From Candidatus Oxydemutatoraceae bacterium (GTDB taxonomy: Bacteria > Pseudomonadota > Gammaproteobacteria > Poriferisulfidales > Oxydemutatoraceae), in the NCBI GenBank assembly GCA_965220085.1, contig CBDCOZ010000003.1, forward strand, positions 256,001 through 320,000: a stretch of DNA of 64,000 nt, read 5' to 3'. How positions within the stretch are numbered: position 1 is the stretch's first letter; each line of letters opens with the position of its first letter. Shown here piece after piece: positions 38,462 to 48,549 of the stretch. A program made the translations under genes and the position numbers. Under the pieces are notes generated by a model, which worked only from the letters and a program-made list of their open reading frames with translations, was not told the origin of the DNA and did not search any database.

Positions 38462-39460
38462 CTAGCAACCTTCGCACATCATGTCTGGCAGGCACCTCTC
38501 ACTAGCTCCTTTAGCCAACAGACGGCGCATGCCTTCCGCTTTGTTTTGCGCTTCCTTCAGTTTTTCTGCAGACAATTTTTTAGCAATAGCATCTCGGGGA
38601 GATTCTGAATCCTCATGCCCGCTAGCTGCTGCAATAGAAAACCATACATATGCCCTTTCGTGGTTTTTCGGAACACCTCGTCCTTCTGCGTACATCGCAC
38701 CGAGGTTGTGTTGCGCTACGGCATCACCTTGTTCAGCGGCGCAACGATACCATTTCATTGCCTTTTCGTAGTTTTGCGTAACACCTCGCCCTTTTGCGCA
38801 CATCCAACCGAGATTGGATTGTGCTTCGGCTAACCTCTGATTAGCAGCAAGCCGATACCATTTTATTGCCCTTTCGTAGTTTTGCGTAACACCTATTCCA
38901 TGTGCGTACATCCAGCCGAGGCTGAATTGTGCTTCGGCTAACTTCTGATTAGCAGCAAGCCGATACCATTTCACTGCCTTTTCATGGTTTTTTTGCGAAG
39001 CAACACTTCTTTCGCACATCACACCGAGGCTGGATTGTGCTTCGGCTAACCTCTGATTAGCAGCAAGCCGATACCACTTCACTGCCTCTTCGTAGTTTTG
39101 CGTAACACCTCTTTCATTTGCGTACATCAAGCCAAGGCTGAATTGTGCTTCGGCTAACTTCTGATTAGCAGCAAGCCAATACCATTTTATTGCCTCTTTG
39201 TAGTCTCGCGGAACACCTATTCCTTTTGCGTACATCCGACCGAGGCTGAATTGTGCTACGGCTAACTTCTGCTTAGCAGCAAGCTGAAACCAGTTCACTG
39301 CCTCTTTGTAGTTTTGCGGAACACCCTGCCCTTTTGCGTACATCCGACCGAGGCTGAATTGTGCATCGGCTGAACCCTGATCAGTAGCAAGCCGTATAAG
39401 TTCCTTCTCGCTAATTATGTTACTACCTTCTGGGTTTTTATCTGGTGCTTTTGCCTCCAT
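38462..39460 (-). CDS. SEL1-like repeat protein (7 repeats), probably 5'-truncated by an IS end
   Basis: AQFSLGxMYAxGxGVxQNYxxAxKWYRLAAxQ repeats; the upstream frame runs into the IS481-type end at 39522. Confidence 0.9.
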   Translation of the reverse strand: MEAKAPDKNPEGSNIISEKELIRLATDQGSADAQFSLGRMYAKGQGVPQNYKEAVNWFQLAAKQKLAVAQFSLGRMYAKGIGVPRDYKEAIKWYWLAANQKLAEAQFSLGLMYANERGVTQNYEEAVKWYRLAANQRLAEAQSSLGVMCERSVASQKNHEKAVKWYRLAANQKLAEAQFSLGWMYAHGIGVTQNYERAIKWYRLAANQRLAEAQSNLGWMCAKGRGVTQNYEKAMKWYRCAAEQGDAVAQHNLGAMYAEGRGVPKNHERAYVWFSIAAASGHEDSESPRDAIAKKLSAEKLKEAQNKAEGMRRLLAKGASERCLPDMMCEGC

Positions 39461-39521
39461 TCTATTCTGGTTATCTTCATTAGCTTCCCCGTTTATCTCT
39501 GTTGTAGGTGGCGGACACCAT

Positions 39522-39788
39522 TGTATGATGCCATGACATATTGGGCACATGGGGCAAATGTTGTGTGCTTTGTGTCATTGGCGCTTGCACGGCATCCATA
39601 GCAATGCAATGCCCGGGATGCGTTGCCTTAGAACCTTTGCAAGACAGGGCTTGCGCTACGGTGTGCTGTGCCGACGCGGGGTCGCGCACCCAAGCGCATC
39701 TTATCGGATGCACCGGCAATCAGTCGTGCGATAGCGCGCGGGCTATGTTTTTTGTTGAAGCCAAGAAGTCAGAATGCTCGCCGGCATA
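39522..39788 (-). mobile_element. IS481-type remnant (terminal end + deleted transposase)
   Basis: TGTATGATGCCATGACATA end; reverse-complement similarity to 41530-41675 and 42275-42340. Confidence 0.7.
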
Positions 39789-39789
39789 C

Positions 39790-40145
39790 ATGGCGCTCCC
39801 CAATCTCCGCATTATCAACGACCGCGCCTTGTAATGTTGCTTGGCCCGTATCGCCATCGGCATTGCTTTGACCTGACCGCCCCGCTCACGCATTCCCAAC
39901 ATGGCGGTTTTCCCGACCGCGCCCCGACCGGCACGGAGTTTCTTATTTGCATGCGTGTTTGATTCTTGACCGCCGATGCATGTTTCATCTGTTTCCACAC
40001 CACCCTCAAGCATGAATGCTTCCTTCTGATATGCTTCACGGATGCGCCGAAGCACAAACCATGCTGTCTTCGGGTAATGCCCGACTCTGTTGGCAGTTGT
40101 AAAGATGATATGCCTTTGCCGGCTGTCAATACCGAGTAGCAAATC
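39790..40145 (-). pseudogene. IS1595 transposase remnant
   Basis: GKGISSLQL, KTAWFVLRRIRE, VETDETCIGG, GKTAMLGMRERGGQVKAMP across frameshifts; similar to 10428-11348. Confidence 0.85.
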
Positions 40146-40267
40146 ATCGCCCACTTTGCCGGTGGCGCGGGGGAGTGTTTGATGCCATGACATTGGCAAT
40201 CCCCGTCGCGGTCGTCGGTGCCGCAGGCTACATCATCGGCACACCGCTTGGCATAGCCATCGCTACG

Positions 40268-40864
40268 CTATTGCGGTGATACGCCGCGGTTGGAATCCTT
40301 TGTTTCCGAGTTAGCATTGGGTTTCCACAAGTCAGGATTAACAGGCGGCGTTCTATAAAGCTCATCCAATAAGCCCTCGCGCAGTTTTTTCCAGTGGTCA
40401 ACTATCTGCTCTTCCGCTATCTGTTTTTCTGTAGCGCTCGGATTCACTTTGCTTGGATTTATTTTCTCAATGCATCCGTAAATCCCTTCCAATCTCCGAA
40501 AAGGGTCAAGCCCTTCAACATTCTTAAATATTGTCCTTATGCTATCTATCGCACATGATAATTTAAATAACGCCTCTTCATATTCATTTGTTGAAGGGTT
40601 GGCTTTTCTAGCATATGCAACAGATAATTGAACAGATTCAAGAACTGCTCTCCACAATTCCTGCAATGCTTTTGCATGTGAAAGTCTGCTTTGAATGCAG
40701 TAAGCGATATAAGCAGAGGCAACGCCGAAAAGTAAGAGCGTCGCATCTCCCCAAAATTCGGAATACCTTTGATCAGCCAAACCCAAACCCAACAAGCCTA
40801 CAGCCACAGCGAGCAATATTGCCCCGACTGAAACCACATGACATCTAAACTGTTTGCGTGACAT
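40268..40864 (-). CDS. Two-TM hypothetical protein
   Basis: 198-aa ORF, two N-terminal hydrophobic segments, 3 bp from the upstream ORF. Confidence 0.6.
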   Translation of the reverse strand: MSRKQFRCHVVSVGAILLAVAVGLLGLGLADQRYSEFWGDATLLLFGVASAYIAYCIQSRLSHAKALQELWRAVLESVQLSVAYARKANPSTNEYEEALFKLSCAIDSIRTIFKNVEGLDPFRRLEGIYGCIEKINPSKVNPSATEKQIAEEQIVDHWKKLREGLLDELYRTPPVNPDLWKPNANSETKDSNRGVSPQ

Positions 40865-40867
40865 TTT

Positions 40868-41452
40868 CTATTCCTTGCAAGGGCAAGCGCCGTTCGCAGG
40901 CGCCGTCTCGCTCTCTTTCCTCGATGTTTTCATGATCAATATTTTTATGAGTTTAAAAATTTTTCCAGGCATAGTGAATATTCCAAACCACCAAACCCCT
41001 TGCATAGTGAATCTTTTTCCAAACAACCGAACCCCTTTCCAACGAAGCCAAGCTCTAGGGCGCCACATTCCATTCGCTACACAAAAGGCATAATAAAGCC
41101 AATCTGCTTTCTCTCTAAACTCAGACCTTTTCATTGCTCCCATTTTTTCTTGTGATATCCCATATTCCAAACGCATCATTTGATACAAGGCATCATGAAC
41201 AAGCGAAGCGAACATGCAGCCGCTTGTGTCAGGCACTGCGGTAGAACCATCCCAGCAATAGTTCTCCAATACTGTCAGAAACCCGTCTCCGGATAATGCA
41301 ACTAATTTAATTCCGGCACGATTATTTATAGAATAATCTTCCCCTGTGTTTATTTTTGTATCACAGCAGATTGCCTGATCAACACAATAAAGCCACTCTT
41401 GACCTTCTCTTCTATTGCGATAACGCAAAGGTTTCTCTTCTGCGCCATTCAT
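40868..41452 (-). CDS. DUF1353-like protein
   Basis: YCWDGST...FASLVHDALY...REKAD...GVRLFG; purine-rich RBS. Confidence 0.7.
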   Translation of the reverse strand: MNGAEEKPLRYRNRREGQEWLYCVDQAICCDTKINTGEDYSINNRAGIKLVALSGDGFLTVLENYCWDGSTAVPDTSGCMFASLVHDALYQMMRLEYGISQEKMGAMKRSEFREKADWLYYAFCVANGMWRPRAWLRWKGVRLFGKRFTMQGVWWFGIFTMPGKIFKLIKILIMKTSRKESETAPANGACPCKE

Positions 41453-41524
41453 ATTAATCCCCCTTTCACTGATGACTTTTCAGGTTTCACATTATCATGC
41501 TTTTTATTTCACCACAAGGTTATG

Positions 41525-42340
41525 TGAATAATGCCAGAAACATTTCGGATTCCTGGCTCCAACAAAAGCCGACAGCAACATCAACACATCGGCCGGCGTC
41601 AAAGGAACACCAGCGCAAGCTCCGTCTTGGCAAAGGTCTCAAGGCCACGCATCCCGTGCATTGCTATGGATACCGTACGCTGGTTTCTTCAAAGCCGGCG
41701 CCACTATCTGTTCACCGCACCCATAAACAATCTGCAAACAGTTTATGGAGCATAAACAACTTAAGGAATCACAAACAATTAAATATTGTTTGTGCTCCAT
41801 GAAAAAGCCACAAACAACAGAGTTGTTTGTGCTCCATGAAAAAGCCACAAACAACAGAGTTGTTTGTGCTCTTATTACCGTGCCTCATTAAATGTTGTTT
41901 GCGTACCATGCTCGCATAGCCGATTTGGCTTCGCTATCGTTGCCTGTCGTGGTAACAGTACCGTCGCCTTCTTTATGAGGCTGGTGATGGCAACTTTTCC
42001 CAGCAAGATAGAGCAAGCGCTCACCGACAACGGCTCCGAGTTCTGCGGCGCGTTTAATCGCTACCTGCAAGAGCAGGTATCCGCCACTGCTACAACGTAT
42101 CCCCAATGCCCGAAGATGAAGGCTCAAGGAACGCTTTGACCGCACTACTCAGGAAGAGTTTGTGGAACTTGAAAAGGGCTTGTTGATGGCTAAATATGCG
42201 GACATTTCAATAGTCGTCAGATAAAGTATCTGCCATGGTTTAACACCCAACGACCACACTATGGACTGGAACTTCAAGCACCCATGACACAAATCACACA
42301 ATATTTGCCTAATGTGCCCAATGTGTCATGGCCTCATACA
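41525..42340 (+). mobile_element. Degenerate IS481-family element (rve/DDE pseudogene + right end)
   Basis: IAMDT, TDNGSEF, YPQCPKM, ERFDRTTQEEF, FNTQRPHYGL in shifted frames; ends ...GTCATGGCCTCATACA. Confidence 0.8.
41745..41871. repeat. Palindromic 37-bp tandem repeat inside the IS481 remnant
   Basis: ttgtttgtgctccatgaaaaagccacaaacaacagag x2 plus a partial copy; CACAAACAA-N-TTGTTTGTG hairpins x3. Confidence 0.8.
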
Positions 42341-42650
42341 TCCTTATCGGGGCGCTTGAATTCTTTAGCGGGTAATCCAAGCAGGCACTATTTTCCGCCC
42401 CCATTGCCGCCATCCCTCTGCTCAAAAAACGCCACATCAAGTCAACACCCTAGTATCCCGCAATCAAAGATTGCAATGCTACGCTGCTCAAAAGACACCA
42501 CATCAACACCCTAGTCACTTGCGCTAACGCATTGAAACTACGGGGTTTTAGCATTGCGCGGGGGTAAGGCAACCGATTATAGTGTCCCGCCTTCCCAGAC
42601 GGTGTGATACTATCGCCAAACAGCCTCAAAACAATATGTATTACTAAAGT

Positions 42651-44381
42651 ATGGCTAAGAATATCATTATCTGTTCTGATGGAACTGGGAACAGTGGCGG
42701 GAAAACTAGGGATACAAACATTTGGCGCATATTCAACGCCGTTGATCGTAATGTGCCCGACTGCAAACAGATTACCTACTACGATGATGGCGTTGGAACT
42801 AGTAGTCTGAAGTTACTCCGGTTGCTTGGCGGCGCTTTTGGTTGGGGATTCAGTCGCAATGTCAGGCAGGCATACGAATTCCTTGCCAAGAATTACGAAG
42901 CCGGCGACAAGGTATTCCTCTTTCGTTTCAGTCGTGGCGCATTTACCGTACGCTCACTGGCCGGTGTGGTTGGGCATTGTGGGTTGGTTAAGCGTAACAG
43001 ACTGATTGGGAAATCTTATCGACAACGAAAAAAATTGTTAAAAAAGATTATTTCTCGGTATCGGGACACCAGAAATGAGCCATGTGTTAGATACCAAAAA
43101 GTAGATATCCACTTTATTGGCGTGTGGGATACGGTTGATGCCGTAGGAGCGCCCTTTGATGGGTTGAAAAGATTTATTGGTTTTGTGACCAGACACCTTT
43201 TGCAGAAGCGGCTGTGGAAGTTTCGCGACCAAAAGCTTGGGAAGCATGTGCACAATGCTTATCACGCTTTATCGCTTGATGACGAACGCAAAACTTTCCA
43301 CCCACTGGTTTGGGAGCATGATAATAGTCCTCCTAGCAAAGAGTGTAGCCCCTCTAACGGGGAGCAACAGCATATTGAACAGGTGTGGTTTGCCGGAGTG
43401 CATTCCAATGTTGGCGGCAGTTACCCCAAAGATTCCATGTCATTGGTATCTTTGGATTGGATGATGGGAGCGGCTGAAAAGTGTGAGTTGAAATTTATAG
43501 CAGGGCAACACGCTGACTACCGCAAGAATGCCGATGTGCACGGGAAGATGTATGACTCGCGCACGGGGCTTGGCATGTTCTACCGCCCCACGCTACGCAA
43601 AATAGAACAGGGTGTAATCCACCATAGCGTGTTTGAGCGAATCAAGCGATGCACTGACAACTATGCTCCTAAAATAATCCGCGAAGAGATTCCCTTACAT
43701 AACCAAAGAGACGATAAGTCTCTGCCTTCGCCTCTCTTTCCGGGCCTGCCTGAAAAAGTCGTTGACAAACTATTCGAATCTGGCATACGACGGAAACGGT
43801 TGTATGTTCTTTCAATAGTGTTGCTATTGCCACTATTTTATATACTGGAGCCAGCCTCAATATTTGAGGCATTAACATACGGATCATTCTCTAAGTTGCT
43901 TAATAATCTGTTTGCATACTACAGTTGTTGTATAGCCAGCATTCTAGAAATCTGTGAGTGGCGCATATGTGGTTGCGAGTCAATATATGCTACGCTTGCA
44001 TACTTATTTAGCTGTATTATTCCAACTTTCTTGACGGTGGCAGTGTTATCTCTTTATGGAACATTGCGATGGATTAAAGGCAGGGAAAATGACTCTGCCC
44101 TTCGCGCATGGCAAAGAGTTATGGAAAATGTACAGGAGTCAAAAGAGGAGGAGCCTCCCCACGAACCGGGCGGGCGGCATAGCAGGTCTGATGAAGACAA
44201 TGTACAGAAGTCAAAAGAGGAGGAGTCCCCTCGCGAACCGGGTGGGTGGCGTAGCAGGTCTGATGAAGACAATGTACAGGAGTCAAAAGAGGAGGAGTCC
44301 CCTCGCGAACCGGGTGGGCGGCATAGCAGGTCTGATGAAGACAATGTACAGGAGTCGAAAGAAGAGTCCCCCCATGTTTGA
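42651..44381 (+). CDS. DUF2235 (Tle1-like alpha/beta hydrolase) with TM segments and a 21-aa acidic repeat tail
   Basis: IICSDGTGN, YYDDGVGT, FSRGAFTVR, GVWDTV, HALSLDDERKTF, QVWFAGVHSNVGG; NVQESKEEESPREPGGRHSRSDED-like repeats x3. Confidence 0.88.
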   Translation: MAKNIIICSDGTGNSGGKTRDTNIWRIFNAVDRNVPDCKQITYYDDGVGTSSLKLLRLLGGAFGWGFSRNVRQAYEFLAKNYEAGDKVFLFRFSRGAFTVRSLAGVVGHCGLVKRNRLIGKSYRQRKKLLKKIISRYRDTRNEPCVRYQKVDIHFIGVWDTVDAVGAPFDGLKRFIGFVTRHLLQKRLWKFRDQKLGKHVHNAYHALSLDDERKTFHPLVWEHDNSPPSKECSPSNGEQQHIEQVWFAGVHSNVGGSYPKDSMSLVSLDWMMGAAEKCELKFIAGQHADYRKNADVHGKMYDSRTGLGMFYRPTLRKIEQGVIHHSVFERIKRCTDNYAPKIIREEIPLHNQRDDKSLPSPLFPGLPEKVVDKLFESGIRRKRLYVLSIVLLLPLFYILEPASIFEALTYGSFSKLLNNLFAYYSCCIASILEICEWRICGCESIYATLAYLFSCIIPTFLTVAVLSLYGTLRWIKGRENDSALRAWQRVMENVQESKEEEPPHEPGGRHSRSDEDNVQKSKEEESPREPGGWRSRSDEDNVQESKEEESPREPGGRHSRSDEDNVQESKEESPHV

Positions 44382-45999
44382 TATGCGACTGTTAAAGCTA
44401 ACGATTATCATAATTAGCTGTTTCATGGTGATTGGTTGTCGCCCTTTACACAAAACTTTATTACCTGAAGATCCGGAAGGCAGGTCTATATATTCTTTCG
44501 GAGGCGATCGAGTCACCTCAGCCGGAGCTAACCAACTGCTTGACGAGAAACTTGAGAGTATCACTATAGAAGAACTGGTTATTATACTTGACCCTGAAGT
44601 ATGTGACTCAAATGGCAAAGACTCAAATGGCGGAGAAAGGCCTTCATTCTGCAGTAACTCAAGTGACACAGGTGTACACTCATTTGGTAGTCGTCAAGGT
44701 AAGCCGGGAAAAAGTGCTGAAGAGGTCCTTGAATTGGAGAAAGAGTTGCAAAAAGCATTGCAAAAAGCAAATGAAAACGAAGAAGGAGGGTGCTCGAACT
44801 TGGCTCGAATTCAAGATTATTTCATTACAGTATCAAACCAACGCTGTAATTTATATTCCACCTATTTGACACGATTTAGCTCATTAACTGATGGAATCTT
44901 TGGCTCTATGTCAGTGGTGTTCGGAGGGGCTGGGGCTATGTTTCAATCAGAGAGTGCTACGCGTATTCTTTCGGGTCTTGCCGGGATATCTTCCGGAATC
45001 AGTGGCGAAATAAATCATGCTGTGTTCAAGGGCCAATTCGCAGAGCTAATACTTGATAATGTTAAAGAAGCGCGAAAGGACAAGTTGGAAGAGATAATGG
45101 CTAAGAGGAAGACGTGTTACTCAGAGGGGGGGGTAAGGCAACTGGCAAGGGATACAAGACAACTCGCAGAGGATGCAAAGAAGGATGCAAAGAAGCTAGC
45201 AGAGAAGACAGAGAAACTGGCAAAGAATGCAGAGAAACTAGCAAAGAATGCAGAGAAACTAGCAGAAGATACAAAGCAACTAGCAGAAGATACAAAGCAA
45301 CTAGCAGAAGATACAAAGCAACTCGCAGAGGATGCAAAGCAACTCGCAGAGGATGCAAAGAAGGATACAAAGCAACTAGCAGAGGGTACAAAGAAACTAG
45401 CAGAGGATGCAAAGAAACTGGCAGAGGATGTAAAGAAGGATGCAGAGCAACTAGCAGAGAAGACAGGGAATCTGGCAAAGAATGCAGAGAAACTAGAAAA
45501 GGAGGATACAAAGAAACTAGCAGAAGATACAAAGCAACTAGCAGAGGGTACAAAGAAACTAGTGAAGAAGGCAGAGAAACTGGAAGGTGATACAAAGAAG
45601 CTGGCAGAGAGTGCAAGGCAACTAGCGGATAAGGCACAGGAACTACTAACAAAGGATGTAGAACCACTAGTACAGAGGACAAAGAGCCTGGCACAGGGCA
45701 CACTAACAAAGGATAATACAAAGAAACTAGCAGAGAGTACAGAGAGACTGGCAAAGAAGGCAGAGAAACTAGCAAGAGATACAGGGCAACCATATATGGT
45801 TTCTGAAGCGCTTGTTGATGCGATCAACTACCACGGCATATGCAGTATAGGTTCCGGGCTAGCCAAAATGAAAGAGCAACTAGAGAAAGCAAAAAATCCA
45901 TCACTTGACGTTTTCAAAGAGAGGGTGAAAGAATTTAATGAGATTAGGGAATTGCTAAATAGCACTGGCACCAAGGTAAGTAAGCAGGGGAGCAACTAG
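44374..45999 (+). CDS. Lipoprotein with long heptad-repeat coiled-coil insert
   Basis: Signal/lipobox FMVIGC after ATG 44374/44383 overlapping the upstream stop; K(Q/K)LAEDT 21-bp repeats at ~45135-45785. Confidence 0.75.
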   Translation: MFDMRLLKLTIIIISCFMVIGCRPLHKTLLPEDPEGRSIYSFGGDRVTSAGANQLLDEKLESITIEELVIILDPEVCDSNGKDSNGGERPSFCSNSSDTGVHSFGSRQGKPGKSAEEVLELEKELQKALQKANENEEGGCSNLARIQDYFITVSNQRCNLYSTYLTRFSSLTDGIFGSMSVVFGGAGAMFQSESATRILSGLAGISSGISGEINHAVFKGQFAELILDNVKEARKDKLEEIMAKRKTCYSEGGVRQLARDTRQLAEDAKKDAKKLAEKTEKLAKNAEKLAKNAEKLAEDTKQLAEDTKQLAEDTKQLAEDAKQLAEDAKKDTKQLAEGTKKLAEDAKKLAEDVKKDAEQLAEKTGNLAKNAEKLEKEDTKKLAEDTKQLAEGTKKLVKKAEKLEGDTKKLAESARQLADKAQELLTKDVEPLVQRTKSLAQGTLTKDNTKKLAESTERLAKKAEKLARDTGQPYMVSEALVDAINYHGICSIGSGLAKMKEQLEKAKNPSLDVFKERVKEFNEIRELLNSTGTKVSKQGSN

Positions 46000-46257
46000 A
46001 TAGGTAGGGACATCCGGGGTAAGAACGGACCGCCTTATGATGCCCTACATACCATTCAAAGGAACGCTATACTTCATGTAAAAAGAGTAGACTTAATATG
46101 GTTTTGAGTCCTGCCATTTTTCATCAACTAGGCGTCATGGTTCCATCATTTTTACTGGAACGGAAAAATATGATTATAGCCTTGCCCAAAGCTCCATACT
46201 ATTGTCAGATACTTCTCTTCCGTTTCCTATACAATACTTGATAATCAAACACTCAGG

Positions 46258-47244
46258 GTGCCAAATTGTTATGGGTTTGTTAAATGGGTGACGATTAATA
46301 ATTGGTGGGAAACAGACTTGTATAAGCACAGCATCATTCACGGGCGACATCGTTTCGGTCGCTATTGCGTGACACCGCATGTACAGAATTCGCGCGCGCT
46401 GGTTGAATGGATTGAAGCGTGCGAATTCCGCCGCTTTGAGAATGAGCAATATCACCTGAAACGTTGCTTTGGGCGTCGCAGAAGTCAGCTATACGGCATT
46501 CCTCTGCCGGGCATGCGGGGCGAGGCGGTCATGAAGATGTCGACAATCCATCCGGCTTACAAGTTGTCGCGCCGGACAGAGTTGTTTCTGCGCTCGCTAT
46601 ATCGTGATTACAACAAGGCCGCTTTCAAATATGCATTGGCTCTGCTCAATGCCGGAGCGCCGGTCGCGGAACCATTTGCTTTCTGGAGCGATTGGCGCAG
46701 CCGGTTTGACCGCAGAAGTTATCTGCTGTGCCGAAAAGTTCCCGGCGAGATGACCTTGTATGATCTGCTGCAAAAAATCTCACAGCCGGATGATGAGGCG
46801 GCACAACATATCACGCATAGCATACGTCGTCGCTTGATAGAAATTATGCGAAAGATGCACACCGCCAATCTTCGTCATGGCGACCCCCATCCGAATAACA
46901 TATTGGTTAATACCGACTTGCTGCCGGAGCAAATCACGGCAGAGAGCGCCAAGACCCTGCCGATATTTTTCATTGACTTTGACCGCTGTTCGTCTGCATA
47001 TGTTAAATGGTCGCCCATTAAAGAGTTCTTTGATTTGCGCGATATGGCGGAGGTCTGTCGCTGGAAAGAGAAGCGTATCTTAGCCAAAGAGTTGCCCGAA
47101 ATTCTGTTCCCGGACGGGCCAACAATATGGCAACGCATGGCGATATGGTTTTGGTGCGAGGGCGGATTGCAATGGCGACAGCACTCGGCGACCCGCCGAA
47201 AAAAGAGAGGCAGGCATTTGAAAGAGCAATATCGCCGCGATTAA
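46258..47244 (+). CDS. LPS kinase (Kdo/WaaP/InaA-like), paralog 2
   Basis: HGDPHPNNIL, FIDFD; KHSIIHGRHRFGRYCVTPH shared with 34635; true start uncertain. Confidence 0.75.
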   Translation: MPNCYGFVKWVTINNWWETDLYKHSIIHGRHRFGRYCVTPHVQNSRALVEWIEACEFRRFENEQYHLKRCFGRRRSQLYGIPLPGMRGEAVMKMSTIHPAYKLSRRTELFLRSLYRDYNKAAFKYALALLNAGAPVAEPFAFWSDWRSRFDRRSYLLCRKVPGEMTLYDLLQKISQPDDEAAQHITHSIRRRLIEIMRKMHTANLRHGDPHPNNILVNTDLLPEQITAESAKTLPIFFIDFDRCSSAYVKWSPIKEFFDLRDMAEVCRWKEKRILAKELPEILFPDGPTIWQRMAIWFWCEGGLQWRQHSATRRKKRGRHLKEQYRRD

Positions 47245-48167
47245 GCATCCGAGAGGCCCGTTGCAAGCGCGCCGGCATCTGATTTCAGAATGGGTATTGA
47301 CTCAATAACAGGAAAGCCAAAGCCGGTATCTTTCGAGTAATAAAAGCCGCCGTAATCTTCAAGCGGAAAGTTGCTGCCCGGAGCCGAGCAGAGAACAGTA
47401 TCGGGCTTATCGGGGAGTTCTCTGTCAGGCGCCCGAATCACAAAACACACAGTGGGATTCAGAGGGTTTCTGGGCTTGTCAATCTTTATTTTATCAACCA
47501 CCGTGCCGCCGATTGCTTCGGCAATGCCATCAAGATTTTTAATATACCCGTATTGATCCATTCGCTTCTTGCCCTCGTCCGAATTGATTTCATAACATGG
47601 CTCAAAAAGCGCCAATGTTTTTCTTGCGACCCTAAAAAGCTCTTTTAAGATAGTCTCAAGTTTCCCCCCGTTAGGTTCCAGCGCATGGCTTGAAGTAATA
47701 ACGTCTATTGAGCCGTCTTGCAGAGGAATTTCACAAATATTGGCGGCAAAGGGTCTGATATGTATTCCCGCCGGTTGCAGGTTTTTTTGCACATAGGCAA
47801 GTCCCTGATAGAGGCGAGACCAACTGGTGTCAAAAGCAAACACCTCTTTGGGATGCCCCAACCGGTTTAGCAGGCCGGGCAATGTGGTCATCTCGCCGGT
47901 TCCCACATCCAGCAACGAATCGCTATCGCTAACATACTGCCCAAGTATATCGGATAACTGCGAACAATATTGAGCGACAATCTGCGTGTTTGATTCGGCA
48001 TCTCGGATATAGGAACCCGCTTGAAGGTCATAAGCCATTTCTATAATTTCCGTCGTATTCTGTTTGCAATCCCATTTCTCTCTGAGGAACGCGGTTATGT
48101 TTCTCCCTTCGGCATATTCTTTTTTGGCAGTTGCCATGTCGGAATATTTTGTGCGGCGCGGATTCAT
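47241..48167 (-). CDS. Class I SAM-dependent methyltransferase
   Basis: LLDVGTGE, FAFDTSWSR, SHALEPNG. Confidence 0.8.
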   Translation of the reverse strand: MNPRRTKYSDMATAKKEYAEGRNITAFLREKWDCKQNTTEIIEMAYDLQAGSYIRDAESNTQIVAQYCSQLSDILGQYVSDSDSLLDVGTGEMTTLPGLLNRLGHPKEVFAFDTSWSRLYQGLAYVQKNLQPAGIHIRPFAANICEIPLQDGSIDVITSSHALEPNGGKLETILKELFRVARKTLALFEPCYEINSDEGKKRMDQYGYIKNLDGIAEAIGGTVVDKIKIDKPRNPLNPTVCFVIRAPDRELPDKPDTVLCSAPGSNFPLEDYGGFYYSKDTGFGFPVIESIPILKSDAGALATGLSDA

Positions 48168-48218
48168 GGTTCTTTTGCGTTGCGGAATGTGTCAGTATGC
48201 AGCGTGTCTGAAATAGGT

Positions 48219-48460
48219 TTATGAGGCTTCTGCATTGCCAGAGATATCTGCGCGCAGCAATTTGAATGTTTTGTGTCCCGAGAGAGTTCTGTCATCGCTT
48301 GCGTGAAAACCGCTTTTCAGGAAAAACCGCTGTGCGCGCTGGTTACTGTCCAAAACAAATCCGTAAATTGCATCAAGATCATTCCAGCGCACAAAAGCCT
48401 CGTGACATGCGGTTTTCATAACCGACGAACCGCGCGGGCCGGCAAGTGTTATTTGCCGTT
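48219..48460 (-). pseudogene. GNAT acetyltransferase C-terminal fragment
   Basis: IYGFVLDSNQRAQRFFLKSGF (GNAT motif B); no convincing N-terminus. Confidence 0.55.
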
Positions 48461-48549
48461 CGAACTCCTCGTTTGTGGGTTCCCCAAGCAGGTGTTTGTT
48501 GGTGATGGGCTGGTTGGCAACAAAATGCACGGGAGCCTTGTTTACGGAA

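Noticed and set aside
41786-41871. Possible mini-CRISPR (37-bp palindromic repeat)
   Set aside because: Units are directly adjacent with no unique spacers; no cas genes
44056-44373. N-terminal 106 aa of the 647-aa ORF
   Set aside because: Alternate-frame reading of the DUF2235 repeat tail; a lipoprotein signal starts at 44374/44383
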